Origin: Squalus acanthias
Lineage: Eukaryota
Assembly: GCA_030390025.1 (NCBI GenBank)
Contig: CM059431.1
Location: forward strand, 106,952,001-107,016,000
Length of the DNA: 64,000 nucleotides
Direction of reading: 5' to 3'
The translations under genes were made by a program, and so were the position numbers. Shown piece by piece: positions 36,675 to 48,296 of this stretch. Every line of letters begins with the position of its first letter. Within the stretch, counting starts at the first letter, position 1. The notes below the pieces were generated by a model. It searched no databases. It worked only from the letters and a program-made list of their open reading frames with translations, and was not told the DNA's origin.

Positions 36675-37085
36675 AAAAAGGCAAAACTCTGCCGATGCTG
36701 GAAATCTGAAATCAAATCAGAAAATGTCTGGAAAGTCTCAACAGATCAGGCAGTATCTGTGGAGAGAGGAAGATAGGTTTAATTCCTCCCCACAGCCTCC
36801 CCCTTGCTTTTTCATCTGTTTCATTTCCTGCTTTTTTCTCAGTTCTGACGAAGGGTTTCGACCTGAAGCGTTAACTCTGTTTCTCTCTCCACGGATGTTG
36901 CCTGGCCTGCTGAGTTTTTCCAGCGTTTTCTGTTGTTGTTTCAATTTTCCAGCATCCGCAGTATTTTGCTATCGTATCAAGATAGGTTTAATGCTGTGTT
37001 CTGACAAAAGGTCATCGACCTAAAACGTTACCCCTGCCTTCCTCTCTCCACAGTTGCTTCCTGACCTGCTGAGTGTTTCCAGTAT
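36675..37085. mobile_element. PLE fold-back element with a tandem second pLTR
   Basis: 36675-36782 is inverted against 36870-36970. Hammerhead-like motifs at 36841-36875 and ~36997-37030, each with core substitutions. Confidence 0.75.
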
Positions 37086-37309
37086 TGTGAGATGAAGTAC
37101 TTTCACACAATTTAAAAAGAATAGATACATTTAAACTGCACCTGAATTATGCTGCGCAGTTTGTGACTCATAACTATATTTGCTTTGCATTAACACACAT
37201 TGTCCTAAAAAACGCCCAAACTGTAACACCTACATGGTAACTTTGGAAATGAATAAATGTAACAATAAACACCGATTATGTTGCTCCTTATCCTTTTCTC
37301 CTAGTGTTA

Positions 37310-37615
37310 TTGGAACGTACACCAAGAGAGTCTCAGCTTCCATTCCCCGAGATGTCCTGAGTGAGTTGATCGCAGCCAATGTGGCGATGTTAGTAGAGGG
37401 GATGAGTGTTACAAATGGCCCCAGCATTTCCAAGGAAGGACAAGAAAATTGGCTGCGGATCTCCAGTGAATCCTGATAAAATCAGGATGCCAGGTGAGGA
37501 CTTGATTGGGCTCGGCAGTGGTACGCTGGCAGCCAAACAGTCTAAGCAATGCTCGCTGTCCAATCTCACACAGAGACTGTCCACTTGGATGAGGCTGCTG
37601 TGAAAGTACATCAGC
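37310..37615 (+). mobile_element. Old SINE-like repeat, copy 2
   Basis: Homologous to 34525-34795 in opposite orientation. Confidence 0.65.
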
Positions 37616-39504
37616 ATGAGTTGGCTATGGAAGGAATTTAGCAGACAGAGTGATTGGCCTTGGAAGCGCAGTTTTTGAATTGGACGGTGAAGTGTTTTTC
37701 TGAGGAAGCAATACTCTTGATCCACATACACACTTTTAGTTTTGTTGATATTAACAAAGAACGATTGTATGGTTTGTGCTTGCAATTTGTGCTATTGATT
37801 GAGAATTGCCAGGTGATTGCCTTGAAAGAACCTCATCAGCAGTTACATTGCTAACTAACATGGGGTGGAGACCTGGGCATTATTTGGGCTTTACTAACAT
37901 TGATATTGTATCCAATCTATCCTGAATTCTGTAACACAAAAGGTTTTTGGAGAACATGGCATTTACATCAATATCTGTTGGATTCTATCATTTTACATTT
38001 AGGAGGGAGGTAAAATATAATATACTGTGCATTAAAATGGATTTCTCCTTGTTTTGCAATGTTTATGTTTTAGTCCTTGTGCAGGAGGGAAATTTAATTG
38101 TCGGAATTCTCCTGTCCCTACCACTAATACCGTTTACATTATTTATACTGTGCAACGGAATCATGGAGAAAAATCTCCTTTGACATTAGCCTGTCTTCAA
38201 TGTGCGCACAACAACTCACGCCTTCTTTGATGTGAGAATTGAAAACATTTATGATTCTTAACCATCTGCTGCAGTTGATCCTTTTTGTGATGTGTATGAA
38301 TTTCAAATCAGATTTTGCAAGTGTGCTCAGGCAATTTAATAGTAAGATCAAAATGCTTCACAAGGCGTGCAGTATTTTTCTACTTAATAAATGTCAAAAT
38401 ATTACATCACTTGCAGCGCTTCAGATAAACTGTTCCTGTAGAACAGAAATTAATTGATAAATGGAAGGTTTTTTTAAAAAGATAAATACAAAAAATTGTC
38501 AGTAAAAGTGGAGTTTTACAAACATCAAATGCATATCATTATTGAAGCATTTCTATAATATTATTATTAAAGATCGATTATAAGAGACATGTTTGTACAC
38601 AATAATTATCAAAGGACTTAATCTAGTAGGCAGGTTTGTTTATGTCTCTGGAATCACTCTGTACAGAAAGATTGAGCTCCAATATGACTCTTAAAGTTCA
38701 CCCACTGAGCCTATTAAAGTGAGATTTGGCATAATAAAAAATACAACAAAAAGCCTTGCTAAGGGAAGTATTTAACTTGATTTTCCCCTTCCCTGGTATT
38801 AGTGTTGTTTGGCAGAAACTCAGTGTCCTGGTGCCAAGTTTCTGCTGTGATACAAAATTGCAATATTCCCTTTGGATTTGGTATAGGTTGTCCTGCTGGT
38901 GTTCTGTGCAAGTCAATCAGGAAAATCATGTAAACAAATGGGTACCACATTGAAAACAGATGCAAATTATGCTGACAATGGGATAAAAGTGAAGCATGCT
39001 GTTTGCACCAGAGGGAAATACTTAGCAAGGTGTGGAGCAGATTGTCACAGACTGGACTGTGCTGTTTGATTCCAAGCTCATGAGGTGAACACCCCCCTTC
39101 CCTTCATTGAAGAAGTTCTGAAGCAGAACAGGGCCATTTGACGACTGCACCTGGGGAGAGATGACTGTTAATAGAAACAGAATTGTCCAGGTCATGAACA
39201 ATGGGAAAGGCTGTTCAAAAGGTGAGCCAAGGAGAAATTAGATGCAATAATGTGCTTCATAAACATTGCTGGAAGGCGCCACCCATTTCCAGAGGCTCTA
39301 TCCTAATAACGGGAAACTGCTCAAGATACTATTGAAGCCTGTGAAAGGTTGGAGAGAATAGATCAGGTAAGACTTGGATGATATGATCTGCTTTAACTGT
39401 TTTTGAGTACCTTAGAATTTATGTAATTGTCTGGTTTGAAAGTAGATTGAATTATATTTTTTTCTTTTTCCATTTCTGTAATTTTTAATAATACATTTTT
39501 TTAT

Positions 39505-39861
39505 TTCTCCCTATCTCTGTAATCTCTTCCAGCCCCGCAACCCTCCGAGATCTCTGCGCTCCGCCAGCTCTGGCCTCTTGAGCATCCCCGATTTAAATCA
39601 CTCCACCATTGGCGGCCGTGCCTTCAGCTGCCTCGGCCCTAAGTTCTGGAATTCCCTCCCTAAACCTCTCCGCCTCTTCACCTCTCTTTTCTCCTTTTAA
39701 GACGCTCCTTCAAACCGATCTCTTTCACCAAGCTTTTGGTCACCTGCCCAAATATCTCCTTATGTGGCTGGGCGTCAAATGTTGTTTGATAACACTCCTG
39801 TGCAGCGCCTTGGGATGTTTTACTACGTTAAAGGCGCTGTATAAATACAAGTTGTTGTTGT
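39505..39861 (+). mobile_element. L2 LINE 3' fragment
   Basis: Same family as 14236-14803, with a (TTG)n tail. Confidence 0.9.
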
Positions 39862-41679
39862 TCTGTCGGTACCTTCAAAACAATAAAATACTGCAGTTGC
39901 TGAAAATGTGAAATAAAGCATTCAGCAAGCCAGGCAGTATCTGTAAAGAAAGGAAACATGTTGATGTTTCAGGCATAGCATTTCGTCAAAACTGGAAGAT
40001 ACTACAGATGAACAACTCATAAGAAGGAACAGCACGAGGAATGAGGAGGGGGTGGGTGAAGGAATGAGCTGCAAAGTGATTAGGTGGAGAACAGGAGACA
40101 TTTCACTGACAGAACACTAATAGCACAAGACAAAAGGAGACATGATAAGAGAAATTAGAGAAACGGAAGACATGTGCAAGAGCCAGAGAATGCGTGAATA
40201 ATTAAAGCAGGTTCGCTAAGTTGAAGCGGGCATGCATGAAAACCTGGCAAAGTGGAGCAGGCTTCAGTGGCCCAGCCCAGGAATCTGGGCAAAAAAAAAG
40301 CAGGTCAACACCACAGCTACAGACGACCCCGTTGGCAATGTATCAATTGGGAATCCACATCCCAAGCAACAACCTACTCCCTTCCCCATCCCCGGAAACA
40401 CTGGGAGCTCAAGTTTGTGCTGTGGACAGAATGGAGATAGATGCTCAGCAAAGCGATCACCGAATCTGTAAAAAAGACTGCATCATGAGCAGTGCAGATA
40501 GTATAGTAGATTGAAGGAAGTGCAAGTAAATTCCTGTCTCAGTCAGGAGGAGTGTTTGGGGCCCTGGATGGCGGAGTGGGAGGAAGTGAATGATTAGGTG
40601 TTGCATCTGCTGTGTTCACATGGGAAGGTTCCAGGGGAAGGAAAGCAGGTTTGAAAGGAGAGGAAAGAGTGGATTAGGGTGGAATCCGATGACAATGGGC
40701 CCTTTGGCATGCTAAAAGAGGGGGTGCGGGTGGAAAAATTTACTTGTAGGTGGGATCGTGTTGGAGGTGGTGGAAATGGCAGAAGTCGTTCTGTCGAATG
40801 TGAAGGGGGGGAACCTATTACGGTTCTGGGAGGGGCGAGAAGAGGTGAGGGCAGAAGTACGGGAAATGGATAGACTCGGTTGAGGGCCCTGTCTGTCATG
40901 GTGGAGGTAGGTGGCATCATCATTGCAGCTGCGACGGAGGCACTGGGAGAAGGGAATGGAGTTCTTACAAGAAGCCGGATGGGAAGAAGTATAATGTAAG
41001 TAGTTGTGGGAATTAGTAGGTTTCTTATAGATGACAGTCAACAGCCTAGAGATGGAAATAGAGCAGTCCAGAAAGGATAGGGAAGAGTCAGCGATGGACT
41101 ACATAAAGGTAAGGGAGGGGTGGAAATTTGAAACAGACTTAACTAAATTCTACAGATCAGGGCGAGAGTAGGAAGCAGCACTGACATAGTCATCTGTGCA
41201 ATGGAAGAGGAGATCAGGGAGGAGACCTGAGTAGGACTGAAAGAAGAAGAATTCACACATCCAACAAAAAATATAGGCATAGATAGGACCCATCTGGTGG
41301 AAGTGAGTGGAGTTAAAGGAAAAATTGTTCATTTTGAGAACAAGTTCAGCCGCACAGAGGAGAGTGGTGGTGTCTTAAGTCTGGTTGGACCACTGTTAAA
41401 GGAAGAAGCGGAGGTTCCGCAGACCATCTTGGTGAGGGATGGACATGTAGAGGGATTGTATGTTCATAGTGAATAGGACCAGAAAACTAAAATGTGTTAA
41501 AGTGGTGGAGGGTGTTAGAAGAATTGTGGATGTAGGTGGGTAAGATCTGGACAAGGGGAGAAAAAGTGGATTGATGAGATAAGAAGAAATATGTTCCATG
41601 GGGAAAGAGTAGGCTGAAACGAGACAATCTTGTTTATAAGTCTACTGAGATGGTCATGTTTATGGATCTTGGGGAGGAG

Positions 41680-44412
41680 ATTCCAGATGTGGGGTGAGAG
41701 TGACTGCCCTTGAAATCAAGGCAGCATTTGACTGGCATGAAGGAGCCCTAGTAAAACTGAAGTCAATGGGAATCAGGGGGAAAACTCTCCACTGGCTGGA
41801 GTCATACTGAGTAAAAAGGAAGATAGTTGCGGTCAATCATCACAGCCCCAGGACATCGCTGCAGGAGTTCCTCAGGGCAGTGTCCTAGGCCCAACCATCT
41901 TCAGCTGCTTCATCAATGACCTTCCCTCCAACATAAGGTCAGAAATGGGGATGTTCGCTGATGACTGCACAGTGTTCAGTGCCATTCACAACTGTTCAGA
42001 TAATGAAGCAGTCCATGCCTGCATGCAACAAGACCTGGACGACATTCAGGTTGGGCTGATAAGTGGCAGGTAACATTCGCGCCACAGAAGTGCCAGGCAA
42101 TGACTATCTCCAACAAGCGAGAGTCTAACCACCGCCTCTTGACATTCAGTGGCATTACCATCACCGAATCCCCCACCATCAACATCCTGGGGGTCACCAT
42201 TGACCAGAAACTTAACTGGACCACCCACATAAATACTGTGAAAACAAGAGCAGGTCAGAGGCTAGGTATTCTGTGGCGAGTGTCTCACCTCCTGACTCCC
42301 CAAAGCCTTTCTACCATCTACAAGGCACAAGTAAGGGGTTTGATGGAATACTCTCCACTTGCCTGGATGAGTGCAGCTCCAACAACACTCAAGAAGCTCG
42401 ACACCATCCAGGACAAAGCAGCCCGCTTGATTGGCACCCCCTCTACCACCTTAAACATTCACTCCCTCCACCACTGGCGTACTGTGGCTGCAGTGTGTAC
42501 CATCTACAAGATGCACTGCAGCAACTCGCCAAGGCTTCTTCGGCAGCACCTCCCAAACCCGTGACCTCTTCCACCTAGAAGGACAAGGGCAGCAGATGCA
42601 TGGGAACTGTAAGGTTTCCAAAATTTGCAGATCCCCAAAAACCTAAGGAAAAAGGACTTTGGAACTACCTCAGAGTGATAAAAATGCATTTGGGCCTAAA
42701 CTAAGGAATTTAAAACCAAAAACAAAGTTTTGGCAGTTTTAAAAGACATGTCTGGACTTGTAAGGGAGAAAAGGCTGTGAAGGAAGGTGGGTTCGACCTC
42801 TGTAAAAGCAGTTTTGGACATTGGAGTTAATTACACTGTCTGGGGAACTGGGATGACCTCACTCAAGCCCCAGCAGACATTAACATTTTAACAATAGACC
42901 CACGGAAGATCAGTCTCCACCCCAATTTACAGAACCCATTAAAGACATGCATAAAACAGATACTCTATAGAAGTCCAAGGCCCAGTCAAGAAACCCAAAA
43001 CATGAGGACAATTCAAACTCCGATTAAACAACAGATCGACAGGATGGAGCTATCCTGAAACCACTTCACACATTTACAAACCAGTTACCGTGCTAGTAAG
43101 TCATTACCGATTTACGAGCCCGCCAAAAACCAGACAATGAACTGAGTAGATTTGGCGGGTAGATAAGGCCACTTCAATTTGGTATAATTGAAGGCCCATC
43201 AAGCGGTTCAAGGTCGTTGGGTCGAGCAGTCAGTCGCTACCGGTGGTCATCAGAAGAAGAAGTAACCAGGATTAAGAAAACCCGAGCTGGAAGCGAGTCA
43301 GCATCGCTCACCACTCAGACACACCCGAGTCCAGCTCGTGAAGATACCACCTCGACGGACCTCCAACAACGGTCCCAACACAGTCACCCGGAGCAACAAG
43401 CAGTAACAAGTCACCGACGGCTCCACGAGGTCGACCGACACACTAAACAAGGCCTAAACCCATCGCGGAAACCAAAGGCCTCACGAAACCAACAACCGCG
43501 TATTACCCCCAACTGACCGGGTAATAGCAGGCCACCGCGACCAACAAAGACCAACTCCAGGGAAGAAATCCCGAAGAACCGCAAAGTTTCCACACTACAA
43601 ACTACTCCTGACTTACCCCTGGGTAAGATTTTCCCCAAAGACTCTAAACCCTACTGCCAAACCAAAGAAATGGGGTGCTCACCAGATAAATCCAAAATGA
43701 CTTCCTACCGCATCAGCGGACTCGCGAAGACTGATCAGAGACCCAGGTGAAGTCCTCTACCGCGTACGGGATACGGCAGACACTAACCGCCATAAACAGT
43801 GAACCCCAAAACCGCGATTTAATCCAACTGTCAAAGGATTGGTGAGCATTACCCCTGGTCCTTCAAAACCTAACTTAGCTAGTAAAGTGGGGTTGGGAGG
43901 GGTGAAGTATTGTTCTACTGTCATTTCCCTCGCTTGTACCAAAGTGTTCCCCACCTTTAGAGTGTTAAGAGTGTTATTATTTGTGTCTTACCTTTTAATA
44001 AAGATTGAAGTTCTTTCATCAAACTCAGTTTTCTGCTGCACCTTTGTATCACAACCCCCAAATAAGTCCAAGGTCTAGAACCAAGGGAGTGGGAGTGGGA
44101 GCGATTCGAACCGCTCAGAAGTCAGAGGTAAAGCTGACACAAACCACCACCCCCTACAGAACACCACCACCTCCAAGTTCCCCTCCAAGTCGCATATCAT
44201 CCTGACTTAGAAGTATATCGCCGATCCTTCATCGTCGCTGGGTCAAAATCCTGGAAATCCCTACCTAACAGCACTGTGGGAGTAGCATCATCACACGGAC
44301 TGCAGCAGTTCAAGAAGGCGGCTCACCACCACCTTCTCAAGGGCAATTAGGGATGGGCAATAAATGCTGGCCTTGCCAGTGACGCCCACATCCCATAAAA
44401 ACGCATTAAAAA
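41680..44412 (+). mobile_element. CR1-group LINE (RT to 3' end) split by a solo LTR
   Basis: GVPQGSVLGP..FINDL, MFADD, YKAQVR..MEYSPLAW. The sequence resumes exactly at 44159 and ends in an A-rich tail. Confidence 0.85.
42608..44158 (+). mobile_element. Solo LTR, 1551 bp (ERV or Gypsy type)
   Basis: TGTAAGG...CCCTACA termini, exact GAAC TSD (42604-42607, 44159-44162), AATAAA at 43997. Confidence 0.85.
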
Positions 44413-45149
44413 AAATAGAAGTGGACTGTGCAGTGTAGGGGAACTGTAAGGTTGGAACAAAGGGTTCCAGTTCTAATGAAAGGTCATCAACCTGAAACGT
44501 TAACTCTGTTTCTCTCTCCACAGATGTTGCCTGACCGGCTGAGTAATTTCAGCATTTTCTGTTTTTATTATGGAAATGATGCAAGTCACCATAAGGGCTT
44601 GAGGATTGTTGTAGTTGTGTCAACAGTGTTTGTACTGCTGTGTCAAGGGAAATATTGAAGCCAATGTCTTGCTTTGTTGTCTTCTTTGAATCTTCAAGTG
44701 GTGCTTGTGTGCCACCCCATTGTACCCTGTAATATTCAAGAAAGCCATTAGTTATATTTAGATCTCATTTCCACGTCCTTTTCAAAACACAGAACATTTT
44801 TTGTTCCTTTTTGAAAGGATTAGATTATGAAAATCTGTGAACCTGGATTTATTTTATAACATTTTGATTTTTCCGGTTTAATCTTGGATAGTATTAAAAA
44901 TGAATTATGCTCCCTGAAAGATTTCTAGTGAATCTGTATAAATACAGACCTTATGAATCATAATTGGAAACATTCTCTTTCGAATTATTTTCAATCATTT
45001 TCCCACTAAAAATCCTTCCTGTGGGACCAGATGCCCTTTTATCTCAGAGAAAAGAATGAAGAAAGCAGTCGGACATTTTCAGTGTACTTGAATGCGTAGT
45101 AAATGTCTTTGGTATACATCAAACGTAGTTGTTAGCTTTCTTCTAAAGA

Positions 45150-45320
45150 ATGTAAGAACATAAGAAATAGGAGCAGGAGTAGGCCATACGGCCCCTCGAG
45201 CCATTCAATAAGATCATGGCTGATCGCCTAACACAACTCCACCTTCCTGCCCGAACCCCATATCCCTTGAGTCCCTGAGTATCCAAAAATCTACCCATCT
45301 CTGTCTTGAATATACTAATT
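45150..45320 (-). mobile_element. CR1 3' end
   Basis: AAGAACATAAGAAATAGGAGCAGGAG tail and 3' UTR. Confidence 0.8.
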
Positions 45321-46937
45321 GTTAAAGCATTGATTTTACTTGCATTGCATCTTTTAATGACAAAATAATTTATTAAATCAACAATAATTAAATCAGTGAC
45401 TGCTGATGGGCTAACCAAAAATGAAATACATGTTTTCCTTCTTTCAATATGATTTTATGTTATTAGCATGAGATAGGCCTTGAGTTTAATCGCGAGTGAA
45501 CATTTTTACACACTGATCTGCTGTAATCTCAATATGTAAAAATATCTTCTGACGAGGTACCAATTGGTGCTCATTAACTTCAGCACAATTACTCTTTGGC
45601 CTTCTGATAAATGTTTTGCTTTCTGTTAGTGAGTGCTGAAAAACACAGTGGAATGCTTCATCACTTTTGTGCATCGTTTTCAAAACAGGTGCAATGTTTG
45701 TCTGATTTTTTTTTAATCTCATACTTAAAACAGTTCTCATTATCCTACCAGCTGCAAGACACATGGGTATAGTAGATGAAAATGTTACAATTAGCCATTC
45801 TGTGTTGGGATTATAGGAACAGGAGTTGGCCATTCTGCTCCTCGAGCCTGTTCCACCATTCATTTCGATAGTGGCTGATCTGTAACTCAACTCCGTTTAG
45901 CCACCTTTGATCCATATCCCTTGCTAAATTTACCGAATAAAAATCGGTCAATCTCAGTCTTGAAAATTTCAAATCTCCTAGCATCCACGATAATTTGGGA
46001 GAAGAGATTCCAGATTTGCTCTATCTTTTATGTGGAAAAAGTGCTTCCTGATTTCACTCCTAAATGGCCTTACTCTAATTTTAAGTTTATGCCCTTTGTT
46101 CGGGATTCTTCAACAGAGGAAATAGTTTCTCTGTGTCTACTTATTGAATCATTTTATCATTATAAACACTTCAATTAAATTATCCCTCAACCTTCTAAAC
46201 ACAAGGGAATACAAGCTTATGCAACCTGTCTTCATAACTTAAGCCCTGGTATTATTCTGGTGAATCTGTGCTGGACCCCCTCCAAGGCCAATATATCCTT
46301 CCTGAGGTGCCCAATACTGAACGCAGTTACTCCAGATGGGGTCTGACTTGAGGGGGTCCAGGTACATAGATCATTAAAATATCATGAACAGGTACAGAAA
46401 ATAATCAAAAAGGCCGATGGAATGCTGGCCTTTATATCTGGAGGACTGGAATACAAGGGGGTAGAAGTTATGCTGCAGCTATACAAAACCCTGGTTAGAC
46501 CACACCTGGAGTACTGTGGCAGTTCTGGGCACCACACCGTAGGAAGGATATATTGGCCTTGGAGGGAGTGCAGCGTAGGTTTACCAGAATGATACCTTGG
46601 GGGAGAAATTCGATATCGCCTCGTTTGGGGCACTAAATTTTGAAATCGTGGAAAATTAGCGCCAGGCGCTAATGAGTCTGAGCTTCCCCTAAATTGGCTG
46701 TTAGCGCCCCTGGAAAGAGCTGGAGCACTCAATCAAGTGCTAATGATCTCAGTGGGGCGCTACAGGGGCGCTACCAGTAGAGCGATAATGAATTTCAGGT
46801 GCTATTCAATCGGGAATGATCCTTCACACTGGCTCCTTCCAGCTCTTAAAGGGGAGGCTGCATCATTGTGCAGCTCCTCATTATCAGCATTGCTGGCTGT
46901 GAAGACGACCTGCAACCAACTCAATCCCCTGATCGTG

Positions 46938-48131
46938 ATGGCTGCTCCCACTCCCAGGGAGAGAGCTCGTCATTTCACGGACGAGGCATTGGTCGCGGGA
47001 GTGGAGCGAAGGAGGGCAGTGCTGTTCCCGAACACTGGAAGGAGGCCATTGCCCCAGGTCTTCAGGGCAATGTGGAGGGAAGTGGCCCAGGAGGTCTCGG
47101 CCAGTAGTGTGGTCGTACGCAGCCTGACACAGTGCCGGGAGAAATTCAACGACCTCACTCGGGTGGTCAAGGTGAGTACATGCTTCAACAGGTCCTACAG
47201 ACCAGCATCTGAACCTCAAGGCCAGGGGAAAAGGGTAGCTCGGGAGCTAATTCCCCGGAGGGTGAGTTCGCACGCAACTTCTGCTGCACAGGACTCAGAT
47301 GACAACCTCGATGTGGAGGCATTCACAAGAAGGGTGATGGGCATGCACTGCGAGATGATAGGTGCAATGGCAAGGGTGCCCGAGAGCCTCTCGGCAATGG
47401 TAAGGAGTGTGGAGGAGTCCACCTCCAACATTGCACAGAGCTCTGTGCACACCATGGAGCCCATCATTTCCACTCTGCAGAGGATGGTGGACTCCCAGAG
47501 AAACCGTGCGGATCCAGACCTCATGACATGTGTCATGGGCGATGTGGAAGCTTCCATTGCAGCACAGGCGGAAGCGATGCAATGTCTTAGCGCTATAATG
47601 CAGGCAATGGTTGGTGGCATCGAGCCTCAGACTGCTCTCATGCAGTCTCAGCTTGATGCCACGCAAGCTCTGACTACTGTCATCGTCGCTGGGTCCACCA
47701 CAGTCCACCGGGGATCTCACGGTGTTGCAGCAGGCCACCAATCTCTACTCCAGCAGATTAGTAGGGATGCTGAGGTGCTGCCCTGGGGAAGTGGCAGTGG
47801 GTCAATGGAGCAGGAACCTGCTGTCCTCTCTCAGGATGACAGCATTCCTGATCCCACCACTGCCACTCAGCCATTGCACTTGTCGCTGCCTGTCATCCAG
47901 CCAGCCCAGACTGGCGCCGCCCAGCCTGAGGTGGTGCAGTCTACAGCCGGGCCTTCCAGGCCCAGAGCTGGTCGAGGGTGTCTTGCAAGGCCATCTGTAG
48001 TTTCTGGCACTGACACTCAGCAGCCTTCCACCCGCCCTGCTGCACCCACTGGGGAGACACTACGTAGGAGCAGTAGATTAAGGAAAGGCACTGTAAAGAA
48101 GGCAAGTAAAGGCTTGCACAGGAGTCATTAG
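46938..48131 (+). CDS. Harbinger Myb/SANT-like DNA-binding protein, 397 aa, open
   Basis: MAAPTPRERARHFTDEAL...RRAVLF...MWREVAQEV...RSLTQCREKFNDL, followed by a heptad-like middle and a Pro/basic tail. Confidence 0.75.
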   Translation: MAAPTPRERARHFTDEALVAGVERRRAVLFPNTGRRPLPQVFRAMWREVAQEVSASSVVVRSLTQCREKFNDLTRVVKVSTCFNRSYRPASEPQGQGKRVARELIPRRVSSHATSAAQDSDDNLDVEAFTRRVMGMHCEMIGAMARVPESLSAMVRSVEESTSNIAQSSVHTMEPIISTLQRMVDSQRNRADPDLMTCVMGDVEASIAAQAEAMQCLSAIMQAMVGGIEPQTALMQSQLDATQALTTVIVAGSTTVHRGSHGVAAGHQSLLQQISRDAEVLPWGSGSGSMEQEPAVLSQDDSIPDPTTATQPLHLSLPVIQPAQTGAAQPEVVQSTAGPSRPRAGRGCLARPSVVSGTDTQQPSTRPAAPTGETLRRSSRLRKGTVKKASKGLHRSH

Positions 48132-48296
48132 TTAATATTGTTGCTGTATATATGTGGTTGCTGAATGTAGATAAATGTATTATTGGAATGTTGCAGATTT
48201 GGGGCTGTGTCTCATTTCAACTTTGGGGTGTGGTATGGAATGAGAATTTGATGGAATGATGGGGACATGCTGAGCTACCAGGAAGTGGCCTCCAAT

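Larger units (their letters stand above)
39875..44570 (-). mobile_element. Decayed Penelope-like element (RT + GIY-YIG) with inverted pLTR, split by nested insertions
   Basis: Minus-strand FTMNIQSLYMSIPHQDG, NNFSFNSTHF, YKKPTNSHNYLHYTSSHP..CKNSIPFSQ and FTCTSFNLLY. pLTR at ~39875-40010 (-) and an inverted copy at 44465-44570 (+). Confidence 0.8.

Noticed and set aside
34539..37603. Near-identical short peptides in ORFs at 34.5 and 37.4 kb as a duplicated gene
   Set aside because: The similarity appears in frames on both strands and is explained by two copies of a non-coding repeat.
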